NCBI GenBank assembly: GCA_964016885.1
Contig: OZ024741.1
Location: 368,404,001-368,468,000 of the forward strand
Direction: 5' to 3'
Source of the DNA: Eledone cirrhosa
Lineage: Eukaryota
Length of the DNA stretch: 64,000 nt
Shown here piece after piece: positions 35,482 through 50,194 of this stretch (positions within the stretch are counted from its first letter, which is position 1; every line of letters begins with the position of its first letter). The position numbers and the translations under genes were made by a program. A model generated the notes under the pieces. It did not search any database and was not told the origin of the DNA. It saw only the letters and a list, made by a program, of their open reading frames with translations.

Positions 35482-36406
35482 GTTATGTGATCAGGAAAAC
35501 TTTCAGCTATCCATTCCTGCGTTTCTTGAGCCTTGTGTGATGGTGCAGTGTCTTGCTGAAGCACATAAGGCCTTCCATTAGATACACTGTTTAACCAGGG
35601 TTTAACAACTGTTTCCAGGACCTTAATGTAGGCAAGAGAGGTAACTCTAAGGCATTGTGGAAAGAAGTGAGGAGGCATAACATGTCCTTCATTGCTGACA
35701 ACCCCCCAAACCATGACAGTTGCAGTAAATCTTGTGTGCTTAAACTGTTGGAACTTCAGAAAGGTCTGCACATAACAATCTGTCTGCACATAATCTTTCT
35801 TTTGTTAAATTTCTTATTTTGGTCAAAGTTTTTCTCGTCTGAGAAAAACCACATCTCATTATCTTCTGCTGGATTTTAAAGTTTGTTTAAGAGCCTTTTA
35901 GATCTGATTAAGTCATTTTTTTTTTTTTTTTTTCTAACATAAATTGACTTTTCCTCATCACATAAGACTTATAGCTGATGTCATCGTGGACAACATCTCC
36001 GATTGTTCCTTCTGACACATGGAAATCTTTTGCAAGCGACCTCATGGATTTTCTGGGATTGTCATCAATGGTCTGCTGAATTTGCTGGATAAATTCAGAT
36101 GTTCTGATGATGTCAGAGTGTTAGGAATACTTTTTACGCTTCGATACTGCTGATACGTTTCCATCTTCAGTCTCTAACTCTTTACGAACTTTGTAGACGA
36201 AAGATCTGGTAACTTTCAAAAATTGAGATATCTCTAAATCGCTATGCCCAGTCTTTAACGCCACAATTACAGCATCTCTTTTCATTTCTTGAGTAAGCTG
36301 AATGTCTGCCATTATTGTTCTCCGAAGAATAATGGCAGACCTTCAGCTTACTTAAGAAATGAAAAGAGATGCTGTAATTGTGGCGTTAAAGACTGGGCAT
36401 AGCGAT

Positions 36407-36588
36407 GTGGATTGGCAGTATCGGTAAGGTTCGGACGCCATGATTTGAAGCATAGAGTTACCTCCCTTTATGATCTGAGCTCAAATCCCGCCGAGGTTAA
36501 CTTTGCCTTTCATCCTTACGGGGTCGATAAAATAAAGTACCAGTAATGCACTGGGATAATTGCTGGCCTTGTGCCAAAAATAGAAACA
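36407..36588 (+). mobile_element. SINE S1 with 18-bp TSD and a 5' inverted duplication of target DNA (36329-36406)
   Basis: TSD attattgttctccgaaga at 36311-36328 and 36589-36606. Confidence 0.9.
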
Positions 36589-37517
36589 ATTATTGTTCTC
36601 CGAAGAAAAGATGATATAAAGTTTAGTAAAATGCAGCAATACCCGCAAAAAGGTATGTCCTCAGATACCCTACGCACCCTGTATGTATGTATATATATAT
36701 ATATATATATATATAATAATGAAATTATTGTGTACAGTGCTCAGGTGCACTACAACTCGTCAAGTAAGAACATTTCTTTTTTTCAGTTTTTAACTTATTT
36801 TAGTATCCGCAAATAGGAAATAACGAGCCGCATTGTTTTAACGTGTCACAAACAATGACAAGATGAGACGGAATGTGATTTTGTGGCGTTCATTGAATCG
36901 TGCTCTTCCTAGGGTTGTTAGCAACTTAGCTGAAGACGAAATGCATTGTAGAGGGAATTGAAACCGTAACAGCAGAGACGCGGAGCTGGCTGGCTTGTTT
37001 GTCTGTCTCTTTCTAGTCTAAGCACGCCATGAAATCAGTACTATTTTCAAGGACTTTTAGTAATTGTGTAAATATAGTACCATATAGAAAAGAAGACAAA
37101 ATAACAAATGGAATAGCTAATATAAATATAAGATATTAGAAAGAACAGGGAAGAAAATTAAATAAGACTTAACAATAAAAAAAAATTTAAATATAAAATA
37201 AAAAAAAAAAAATAACTTTACGAAGTGTGATTCTGTTGTTGGTGGAAGAGGAAAGCAGCAATAGCAGAGAACCAAAACTGTGGTAGCAATTACCATTGAA
37301 ATCTCGTTTTATAATTGTCATTGTGGAGGAAATCCACGCGAGAATTTGCAGTTGGTAGAAACCCCGCTGCAGGACGACGCTGGGTTCATTATCGCCTATA
37401 TAAGCAAGACGAGCTGGAAACATCTGTGGCTTCGAAGAAGCCAGCACACTAAGGCAATCAGGCAGTTGTTCTATTAGAAAATACATGTACACAGATTATT
37501 AGATTACACATTAAATC

Positions 37518-37538
37518 ATGGCTGGACTCACTCAAGTC
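37518..37538 (+). CDS. Candidate first coding mini-exon (MAGLTQV) of an unidentified gene
   Basis: aatcATGG context, GTAAGT donor, TATATAA about 110 bp upstream, in non-repeat DNA. No downstream exon identified. Confidence 0.35.
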
Positions 37539-37834
37539 GTAAGTAGTTAATTATGTAATATAACCAACCAAGTAGTCATATATATAAATTTATATATATA
37601 TATTTTTTTTTTCTGTTAGGCCAGGTATAAAGCTTTTAGTTTACAATTGAGAATAATGCATGATAAGCTACGAGGTTGCAATTTTTTTTTTGAAATAACG
37701 TGTTTATTCTCAAACATGGCTAACCTCAGTCGTGTTACACTAATTTTGATAATCGGAGTGCGTGTGTGGCAATTATGTACATGTGTGTGCGCGTATTGTA
37801 TATATATATATATATATTTATGTATGTGTAAAGA

Positions 37835-37871
<37 letters not shown>

Positions 37872-39515
37872 GTGTGCAAACTTAGAAGAAAAGTAATAAA
37901 GTGTGTGATATTTAGTAATTATAATTTTAAAAAAGTGAAAGAATTGGGGCTAAGGGACCTAAAATCGAAACTCAGAAATTTTTCATCTCTTCAGAATTTA
38001 TTTGGCCCAACCTTTTTTTTTCTTTTTTAGTTTGCTCTTCGTTTAATTCCTTTTTCTAATGTTAGTTGAGAATGTACTAGACATTTCATGTTAAATATAT
38101 ATAATGCAGGAAGCACATTGGCTTTTTTCCTTATATTTTTGAAATAAAAGTATGCATATTCTTTCTAAATCTGGTGAGACCAATTTTTCAAATATATTGA
38201 TCTTAGTAGTAATAATAATAATAATTGTTTCTACTTTTGGCACAAGGCCAGCAAATATCCTGTGCATTACTGGTACTGTAGTAATAATAATAATAATATT
38301 ACATATTTTTTACTATATCTATAGTATTATAAAATATATCTATATTTCTAATTCTAGAGTTTAACACTTTTTAGTCTTGGAGCAGTCTCATTGCTGTAGT
38401 TAGCTCTCTATCTTTTTATTACTCCCTCTTACCCTCTGTCTCTCACATACACTCTCCTCCTCTCTTTCTCTCACACACTCTCCTCTTTCCCTCTCACATA
38501 CTCTCTCGCTCTCACACACACACACGCTCTCTTCCTCTCACTCTATTTCATTTCTGCCGTTACCACACACTCTCCCTTGTCAAACTATCTCTCTCACCTC
38601 TTTGTCTCTCACGTACTCTTTTCTTTCTCTCGTGTTATTATTCTCTCTCTCTCTCTTTATATATATATACACACACACACACACATACATAGAGAAAGCC
38701 ACAGAATATAATAACCAACATAATTCTCTGTATTGTAATTAAACTTGTATCTCTCTCTGTCACTTTTTCTTTCTCTCTCTCTGCCTACCACTTTCTTTAT
38801 ACTTTTTCTGGTTCTCACTGATCCCTCTCTCTTTTTACCTATCACTTCCCCCTCACCGTGCTAGATTAATCTTCCTTTCAGTGGTTATTGAAACATACAT
38901 ATATACACGTGTTAAGAGCCTTTAATTAAGTTTTAAAAAATGCTAAGGAACTTGTCTCCCTCAAAATTTCACTTACACTGCTGTCAGCAGGCTTTTGACA
39001 ACTACCTGCACAATTAAAAGTTTCAATAGTAATTTAAATATTCAGATTAGTTTGGGGAAAGCTTTACCTGTCGTATGTCGAGTTCCATCACAATATCAAT
39101 TCTATGATTTGAAAAAAACATGTATGTTGAACCATCCTCTACAAAAAATTATGGTCTTGTATCTACCAAATCCAGTGTTATATTGAAAGAAAAAAAATGA
39201 CATATATATAATACATTTCTATAATTGTATCTATATTTGGGGAATCCTTGACGATAGAGCTCGAAATGATAAACCGAAAATATCTCGTCTGATTCATTGT
39301 GTATTCGTTAGTGGTGGTGGTCTTCGTCGACCGTGGAAATATATCATATACAATTATGCGTGCGCGTATCTATACTTGTATATATATATATATATATATA
39401 CATATATATATACATACATACATACATACAGAGAGAGAAATAGCTTTCGCCGTAAAGAAATTTTAGCCTGATAGTGATGTTTAGAACCTTGTAAGACATG
39501 GAAACAGATGAGTAT

Positions 39516-39588
39516 TGACGTACATGGGAGTCGAACCCACATGTTCGGTTATCGAGACCACTGTGCTACCATTACACCAACATATATC
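39516..39588 (-). pseudogene. tRNA-like sequence (73 nt; tRNA pseudogene or isolated SINE head)
   Basis: A-box TGGTGTAATGG, T-arm GTGGG-TTCGACT-CCCAT, imperfect acceptor and anticodon stems (loop CTCGATA). Confidence 0.5.
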
Positions 39589-39672
39589 GGGCTAAAATTT
39601 CTTTATAAAAAAAAAAAAAAGAAAGCTTCTATATCTGTTTTCAAACTCGCTTGCCGTTTCAAAACAAACTTG

Positions 39673-39726
<54 letters not shown>

Positions 39727-39787
39727 ATATTTAATATAGAAATGGCTTTTACAGGAGACTAGAACTGTTTTATTCGAACGAAATCAT

Positions 39788-39879
<92 letters not shown>

Positions 39880-40496
39880 GTATAGATATACATGTATGTG
39901 TATTTATTTAATCAATTGAAACGTACGTATGGTAGATTAGGAGAGGTATATATACACGAGCGAGACATACAGAAAAAAGAAATGACAACGGGAAGCAGAA
40001 GCATAAATGATAAAAGTGAAAAACAAGAATAAAAGATAAGGCAGCGAAAAGTTTCCGTTGAATTTTTCCGGAACCTCTATATACTACCATATATTGTTTA
40101 TAGTTGGTAGATCTATCTTGTTAGCTTTTCAAAGACAATCTTCAAGATGTCTTCATCAACATACAGGTAGATGCTACATCGGAACAAAAGATGTATGTAT
40201 GTGTATATATATATGTGTGTGTGTGTGTGTGTATATATATGTGTGTATATGTATGCATATATATATGTGTGTATATGTATGCATATATGTATGCATATAT
40301 GTATGTGTGTATATATGTATGTGTGTATATATGTATGCATATGTGTGTATATGTGTATGTACGTAAATCAGAATGTATGCAATAAAAACCAGTTAGACCA
40401 TTACTCACCAGAGTACTCGGTTCTTGGGGTAGTTGAGTGGGTAATATGAAGGATTCTGGTCCCCGACGGCTGAACTCTTGCGGTTTCAACAGCTGT

Positions 40497-40885
40497 ATGA
40501 GCCAGATCATCAGCATAAAGAAGTTCCCATGAACAGCCAGTCTTAAACTCCTCTGTTATGGCTTGGAGGACTATAATGAACAAGAGCGGGCCGAACACCG
40601 AACCATGATGTACACCTACTTGTATCTGGAATTACTCACTAAACTCCATACCTACTCTCACTTTACTGAGAGTACCTCTGTACAAAGTTTGCACTGTCCT
40701 CACAAGCCATTCCTCAACACCCAGCTTCCTTAGGGACCACCAGATGACAGATCGGGGTACCCTATCAAAGGCCTTCTCTAGGTCAACAAAGGCTAAGTAT
40801 AGTGGCTTATTCTTCTCTAAGAACCTCTCTTGCATTTGTCTCACCAAGAAGAGGGCATCTGTTGTACTCTTCCCAGGCACAAAAC
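40497..40885 (-). mobile_element. RTE A2 internal RT fragment
   Basis: Near-identical to 45135-45523. Confidence 0.9.
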
Positions 40886-41058
40886 TTTGGGAGCCCCTAC
40901 ATGGACACACTGGAAGAGGAAGACCAAGGTTAACGTATGTTGATGCCCTAAGGACAGACACTGGTCTGTTGGAGATGCAGGACATGGCAGCGATAATGAG
41001 GGACAGAGACCGCTGGAGAGAACTCGTCCATGGATCTCGGGAATTTTACCCGCCTTAG
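40886..41058 (+). mobile_element. RTE family B 3' end, fused head-to-head with the A2 fragment
   Basis: [20 protein letters not shown]...SREFYPP* followed by (ATAG)/(TA)n. Confidence 0.88.
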
Positions 41059-41188
41059 ATAGATAGATATATATATATCTATATATATGATATATATATA
41101 TATTATATATATGATATATATATATATATTATATATATGATATATATATATATATTATATATATGATATATATATATATATTATATAT

Positions 41189-42252
41189 CTGGGTGACAAA
41201 ATCAGCAGTGGGGGAGGGTGCTCTGAAAGTACAGTAGCTAGAGTCAGAACTGGATGGAAAAAGTTCAGAGAGCTTATACCACTATTAGCCGCTAGAGGGT
41301 TCTCCCTAAAAATGAAAGGCAGCTTATACGATGCCTGCATACGAACAGCAATGCTGCATGGCAGTGAGACCTGGGCATTGTGTGCAGAGGATATACGCAG
41401 ACTAGAGAGGAACGAAGCTTGCATGCTCCGCTGGATGTGCAATAGTAATATACGTGAACGGCAAAGCATAAACGAACTAAGGAAAAAATTAGAAATAAGA
41501 GGGATCAGATGTTGTTTACACGAGAGAAGGCTACGTTGGTACGGTCACGTGATGCGCATGAAAGACGACAGCTGTATAACAAAGTGCAGGGCAATAAAGA
41601 TAGACGGTAGCCACGGAGTAGGCAGACCCAGAAAAACATGGGACGAGATGATAAATTCCGACCTCACACACTTACACCTCACCAAGACAATGTCACTGGA
41701 CCGAGACCTTTGGCAGTGCTCAGTAATAGAGAAGACCCGCCTTACCTAAATACAAAGTAAAAACCTACTACAGTCAGTAAGCATCTCTATCAAAACACAC
41801 CCCCGTCCCACCACCTCCACCCCATCCACACCGCCCCTTCAATGTAAAGTTATGTTGGTGCCACAACATCCAGGCCGAAACAAATGAGATCGTGTAGGTG
41901 TCACGACAAAAAAACACACAGTCCACGCTGTAAATGTGGCCGTGTAGGCAACATGGTAAAAACGTCCCAGCCCCACACTGTAAATGTGGTTGGTGTTAGG
42001 AAGGGCATCCAGCTGTAGAAAACCCGCCAGACAGTCCACGCTGTAATGTGGCCGTGTAGGCAACACGGTAAAAACCTCCCAGCCCCACACTGTAAATGTG
42101 GTTGGTGTTAGGAAGGGCATCCAACTGTAGAAAACCCGCCAGACAGTCCTATGCGAGCAAGACAACCACTCTTGCCTCAAGTGGGAAAACCCCCGTCCAA
42201 ACCCATGCAAGCGTGGAACACGGACGCTAAACCTGATGATGATGATGATGAT
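41189..42252 (+). mobile_element. RTE A1 3' fragment with a ~113-bp tandem duplication in the 3' UTR (about 41919-42143)
   Basis: ORF 41312..41749; UTR block repeated twice; (GAT)n tail. Confidence 0.93.
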
Positions 42253-44151
<1,899 letters not shown>

Positions 44152-46320
44152 TCATCATCATCATCATCATCATCATTTTACGTCCGCTTTTCCCTGCTTG
44201 CAAGGGTGGGATGGATCTTATTCAGCGCAGCATCTCTCCACTCGTCACGGTCCCTCGTCATCTCCACCGTGAGCTTCAATGATCTGAGGTCTGTTCTCAC
44301 CACCTCCGCCCATGTTTTTCGTGGTCTACCTCTACCACGTCTTCCTTCAACTGGCATTTCCTGGCACTTCTTCACCCATCGGTCATCCTCCATGCGCATC
44401 ACATGTCCATACCACCTCAGTCTCCTCTCCCGTACACTACATTCTATCCCTCTCAGACACAGTTTCTCTCTCAACACATTTATGCTGGGTCGTTCACGCA
44501 CATTTACACTGCACATCCAACGGAGCATGCTTGCCTCATTTCTCTCCAGCCGTCGCATATCTTCTGCGGTTGCTGCCCATGTCTCACTACCATGCAGCAT
44601 CGCGCTCCTCACACAGGCATCATACAACCGGCCTTTCGTACGCAGGGAGAAACCCTTCTTCGTCAACAGAGGAAGCAGCTCCCTAAACTTCTTCCAACCC
44701 GTCCTTATTCTAGATACTATGGCCTCGGAACACCCTCCTCCCATGCTAATCTGATCTCCTAGGTACCGGAAGCTATCCACCACTTCTATAGCGCCCTCTC
44801 GCATTTGAAAAATGTGTCTATCAGTGCGACTTCTACTGTCTAATTTCCCTGTACATCTACTGCATACATATTTCTCCCTACCTGTTAGTTTGCCTGCTAT
44901 CCCGCTACATCTCTTGTGTACCCAGGACCTACATTGTGTGCATTTTATAGAATTTATGCCAGTTCCTTTTCTGCATATCGAACATGGCCATTTCCCTGAC
45001 GGAATCAGGGTTTTGTCCTCTTTTCTACTCATCAACACTTTTGTCTTAGCTAGATTTACTCTCAGTCCTCTTGCTTCCAACTGCTGTTTCCATAGCCGGA
45101 ATTTATTCTCTAGCTCCTCTACTGATTCTGCCATAAGAGCCAGATCGTCAGCATAGAGAAGTTCCCATGGACAGCCAGTCTTAAACTCCTCTGTTATGGC
45201 TTGGAGGACTATAATGAACAAGAGCGGGCTGAGGACCGAACCCTGATGTACTCCTACTTGTATCTGGAATTCCTCACTAAACTCCATTCCTACCCTGACT
45301 TTACTGAGAGTACCTCTGTACAAAGTTTGCACTGTCCTCACAAGCCATTCCTCAACACCCAGCTTCCTTAGGGACCACCAGATGACAGATCGGGGTACCC
45401 TATCAAAGGCCTTCTCTAGGTCAACAAAGGCTAAGTATAGTGGCTTATTCTTCTCTAAGAACCTCTCTTGCATTTGTCTCACCAAGAAGAGGGCATCTGT
45501 TGTACTCTTCCCAGGCACAAAACCAAACTGCATCTCATCTAGTTTGACCCTTTCTCTAATTAGTTGTGCTAAAATCCTTTCTGCCACTTTCATAACCTGA
45601 TCTATCAGTTTTATACCCCTATAATTGCTCCTCTCCAAAGCATCCCCTTTACCTTTGTAGCAATTTATGAGAATACTGCTGCACCAGTCTTTGGGTATGA
45701 CACCACCATATATAGCCTGATTGATGATGCGTGCAACCAGTTTAGTGCCTACGTCCCCTGATGCCTTCAGCATCTCAGCAACTATTCCCGATGGTCCGGC
45801 CGCCTTACCATTTTTCATTTCCCTAATCGCCTCTTGGACCCTATATTCGTCAATCTCAATAGCTGGTCCCTCTGTCGGATCTACCAAGGGTAATTTCTCT
45901 CTCTCCCATTCGTTCTCCACATTCATCAGTCTCTCATAATGACATTTCCAGGCCTCCTTTTTCTGGTCATTCGTGACACTAAGTACACCGGCATCATCCC
46001 GGACACATTTATCACCAACAACATCCTGATTTGCATTGACACACTGCCTTGCAATGTGGAACACCGCACGCCTCTGATCTTCCCGTCGCAGAACATTGGC
46101 AAACCTCCTACTCTCTGCCTCCCTGCGTGCTAAGTACACCTGACGTCTAGCTTCTCTCTTAGTGGCTGTATATTCTTCCCTACTCCCACCCTTTTTCCAA
46201 GCCTTCCATGCTAGTCTTTTGTCTCTAATAGCCTTATCTACTGTGCTGTTCCACCACCAGGTCACTCTCTGTCTGGTTGGAGCTCTGCTCCAGCCACAGG
46301 TTTCATCAGTAGCCTGCAGC
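44152..46320 (-). mobile_element. RTE subfamily A2, 5'-truncated, young
   Basis: Uninterrupted 714-aa frame; (GAT)n tail directly after the stop. Confidence 0.96.
44178..46320 (-). CDS. RTE ORF fragment: RT + PHD-like finger + C-terminal domain
   Basis: YADD; CSIC...CTQCRSWVHKRC...CSRC (C4HC3). Confidence 0.93.
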
Positions 46321-46327
46321 AATATTA

Positions 46328-46369
<42 letters not shown>

Positions 46370-46452
46370 AATATATATATATATAATATATTATATATAT
46401 ATATATATGTATATATATATTATATATGATATATATATATATAGTATATATG

Positions 46453-46528
<76 letters not shown>

Positions 46529-46843
46529 TATATAATATATATATATATTATATATTATATATGATATATATATATATATTATATATTATATATGATATAT
46601 ATATATGATATATATATATATTATATATGATATATATATATATGATATATATATATATATTATATATGATATATATATATGATATATATATAATATATGA
46701 TATATATATATATGATATATATATATATGATATATATATATGATATATATATATATATTATATATATATATGATATATATATATTTATATATTATATATG
46801 ATATATATATATATATGATATATATATATTTATATATTATATA

Positions 46844-46900
<57 letters not shown>

Positions 46901-47093
46901 GATATATATCTATATATGATATATATATATGATATATATATATATTATATACGATATATATATATTATATATAATATATATATATGATATATATCTATAT
47001 ATGATATATATATATGATATATATATATATTATATACGATATATATATATTATATATAATATATATATATGATATATATATATATATTATATA

Positions 47094-47137
<44 letters not shown>

Positions 47138-47291
47138 TATATGATATATATATATATATTATATATAATATATATATATGATATATATATATATATTATA
47201 TATAATATATATATATGATATATATATATATATATTATATATGATATATATATGATATATATATATATATTATATATAATATATATATATG

Positions 47292-47370
<79 letters not shown>

Positions 47371-47753
47371 GATATATATATATGATATATGATATATATA
47401 TATGATATATATATATATATTATATATGATATATATATATATATATTATATATGATATATATATATATATATTATATATGATATATATATATATATTATA
47501 TATGATATATATATATATATTATATATGATATATATATATATATTATATATGATATATATATATGATATATATATATATATTATATATGATATATATATA
47601 TGATATATATATATGATATATATATATATTATATATGATATATATATATATGATATATATATATGATATATATATATATATTATATATATATATGATATA
47701 TATATATGATATATATATATATATTATATATATATATATATATATATTATATA

Positions 47754-47794
<41 letters not shown>

Positions 47795-47795
47795 G

Positions 47796-47828
<33 letters not shown>

Positions 47829-47844
47829 GATATATATCTATATA

Positions 47845-47945
<101 letters not shown>

Positions 47946-47961
47946 GATATATATCTATATA

Positions 47962-48014
<53 letters not shown>

Positions 48015-48073
48015 GATATATATCTATATATGATATATATCTATATATGATATATATATATATATATTATATA

Positions 48074-48126
<53 letters not shown>

Positions 48127-48726
48127 GATATATATATATATATTATATATGATATATATCTATATATTATATATGATATATATCTATATATGATATATAT
48201 ATATATATATTATATATGATATATATATATATATATATATTATATATAATATATATATGATATATATATATATTATATATGATATATATATATATATATT
48301 ATATATGATATATATATATATATATATATTATATATAATATATATATGATATATATATATATATATTATATATAATATATATATATATATTATATATGAT
48401 ATATATATATATATATATTATATATGATATATATATATATATATATTATATATAATAATATATATGATATATATATATATATTATATATGATATATATAT
48501 ATGATATATATATATATATTATATATATATATTATATATGATATATATATATATATTATATATAATATATATATATGATATATATATATATATTATATAT
48601 AATATATATATGATATATATATATATATATATATTATATATAATATATATATTATATATATATATATTATATATAATATATATATTATATATAATATATA
48701 TATATGATATATATATATATTATATA

Positions 48727-48761
<35 letters not shown>

Positions 48762-48774
48762 ATATATATATGAT

Positions 48775-50063
48775 ATCATCATCATCATCATCAACGTTTA
48801 ACGTCCGTGTTCCACGCTGGCATGGGTTTGGACGGGGGTAGTCCCACTTGAGGCAAGAGTGATTGTCTTGCTCGCATAGGACTGTCTGGCAGGTTTTCTA
48901 CAGTTGGATGCCCTTCCTAACACCAACCACATTTACAGTGTGGGTCTGGCAGGTTTTTACCGTGTTGCCTACACGGCCACATTACAGCGTGGACTGTGTG
49001 TTTTTTGTCGTGACACCTACACGATCTCATTTGTTTCGCCCTGGATGGTGTGGCACCAACATAACTTTACATAGAATGGGGTGGGGGTGGTGGGACGGGG
49101 GGGGGGGGGTATTTTGTTAGAGATGCCTACTGGCTGTAGTAGGCTTTACTATGTATTTAGGTAAGGCGGGTCTTCTCTGTTACTGAGTACCGCCAAAGGT
49201 CTCGGTCCAGTGACATTGTCTTGGAGAGGTGTAAGTGTGTGAGGTCGGATTTTATCAGCTCGTCCCAGGTTTTTCTAGGTCTGCCTATTCCGTGGCTACA
49301 GTCTATCTTTATTGCCCTGCACTTTGTTATACAGCTATCGACTTTCATGCGCATCACGTGTCCATACCAGCGTAGCCTTCTCTCGAGTAAACAACATCTG
49401 ATCCCTCTTATTTCTAATTTTTTCCTTAGTTCATTTATGCTTTGCCGTTCACGTATATTACTGTTACACATCCAGCGGAGCATGCAAGCTTCGTTCCTCT
49501 CTCGTCTGCGTATATCCTCTGCACACAATGCCCAGGTCTCACTGCCATGCAACATTGCTGTTCGTATGCAGGCATCGTACAACCTGCCTTTCATTTTTAA
49601 GGAGAACCCTTTAGCAGCTAATAGTGGTATAAGCTCTCTGAACTTTTTCCAACCAGTTCTGACTCTAGCTACTGTACTTTCAGAGCACCCTCCCCCACTG
49701 CTGATTTTATCACCCAGGTAACGGAAACTGTCCACTATTTCTATAGAACCCTCTGCGCAATTGAAAGAGCTAGTATTTTGTGGGCACTTGCTGCTACTTA
49801 TTGCACCAGAGCACCGGCCACATGTAAAATCTATGTTCTTAGTTAGCTTACCTGTGATCCCACTACGTCTTTTATGCACCCATACTTTGCATTTAGGACA
49901 TAAAATGGAGTTTCTACCTACGCCTTTCCTACACACCGAGCACGACCATTTCCCAGAAGGGACCGCCGCCTTATTTTCTTTCCTACAAACTAGAACTTTA
50001 GTCTTAGCCAGGTTAATTTTAAGTCCTTTTGATTCTAGGCCGTGCTTCCATGTTTGGAATTTC

Positions 50064-50067
<4 letters not shown>
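48775..50067 (-). mobile_element. RTE A1 3' fragment
   Basis: ORF 49157..49936, 3' UTR and (GAT)n tail; TA-flanked. Confidence 0.94.
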
Positions 50068-50136
<69 letters not shown>

Positions 50137-50194
50137 GATAAACGTTAAACGTTGATGATGATGATATATATATATGATATATATATATATATAT

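Larger units (their letters stand above)
34931..36681 (-). mobile_element. Tc1/mariner superfamily DD37D (maT) transposon, decayed, TA TSD, with two SINE insertions
   Basis: ~26-bp TIRs cagggtgcgta...tgaggaca flanked by TA; FSDEK, VMVWG, QQD-x37-D (SPDLNPLD) after removing the SINE. Confidence 0.92.

Noticed and set aside
39516-39588. Functional tRNA gene
   Set aside because: Mismatched acceptor and anticodon stems, atypical positions 8-9, and a CGA anticodon without the long Ser variable arm. Kept only as tRNA-like.
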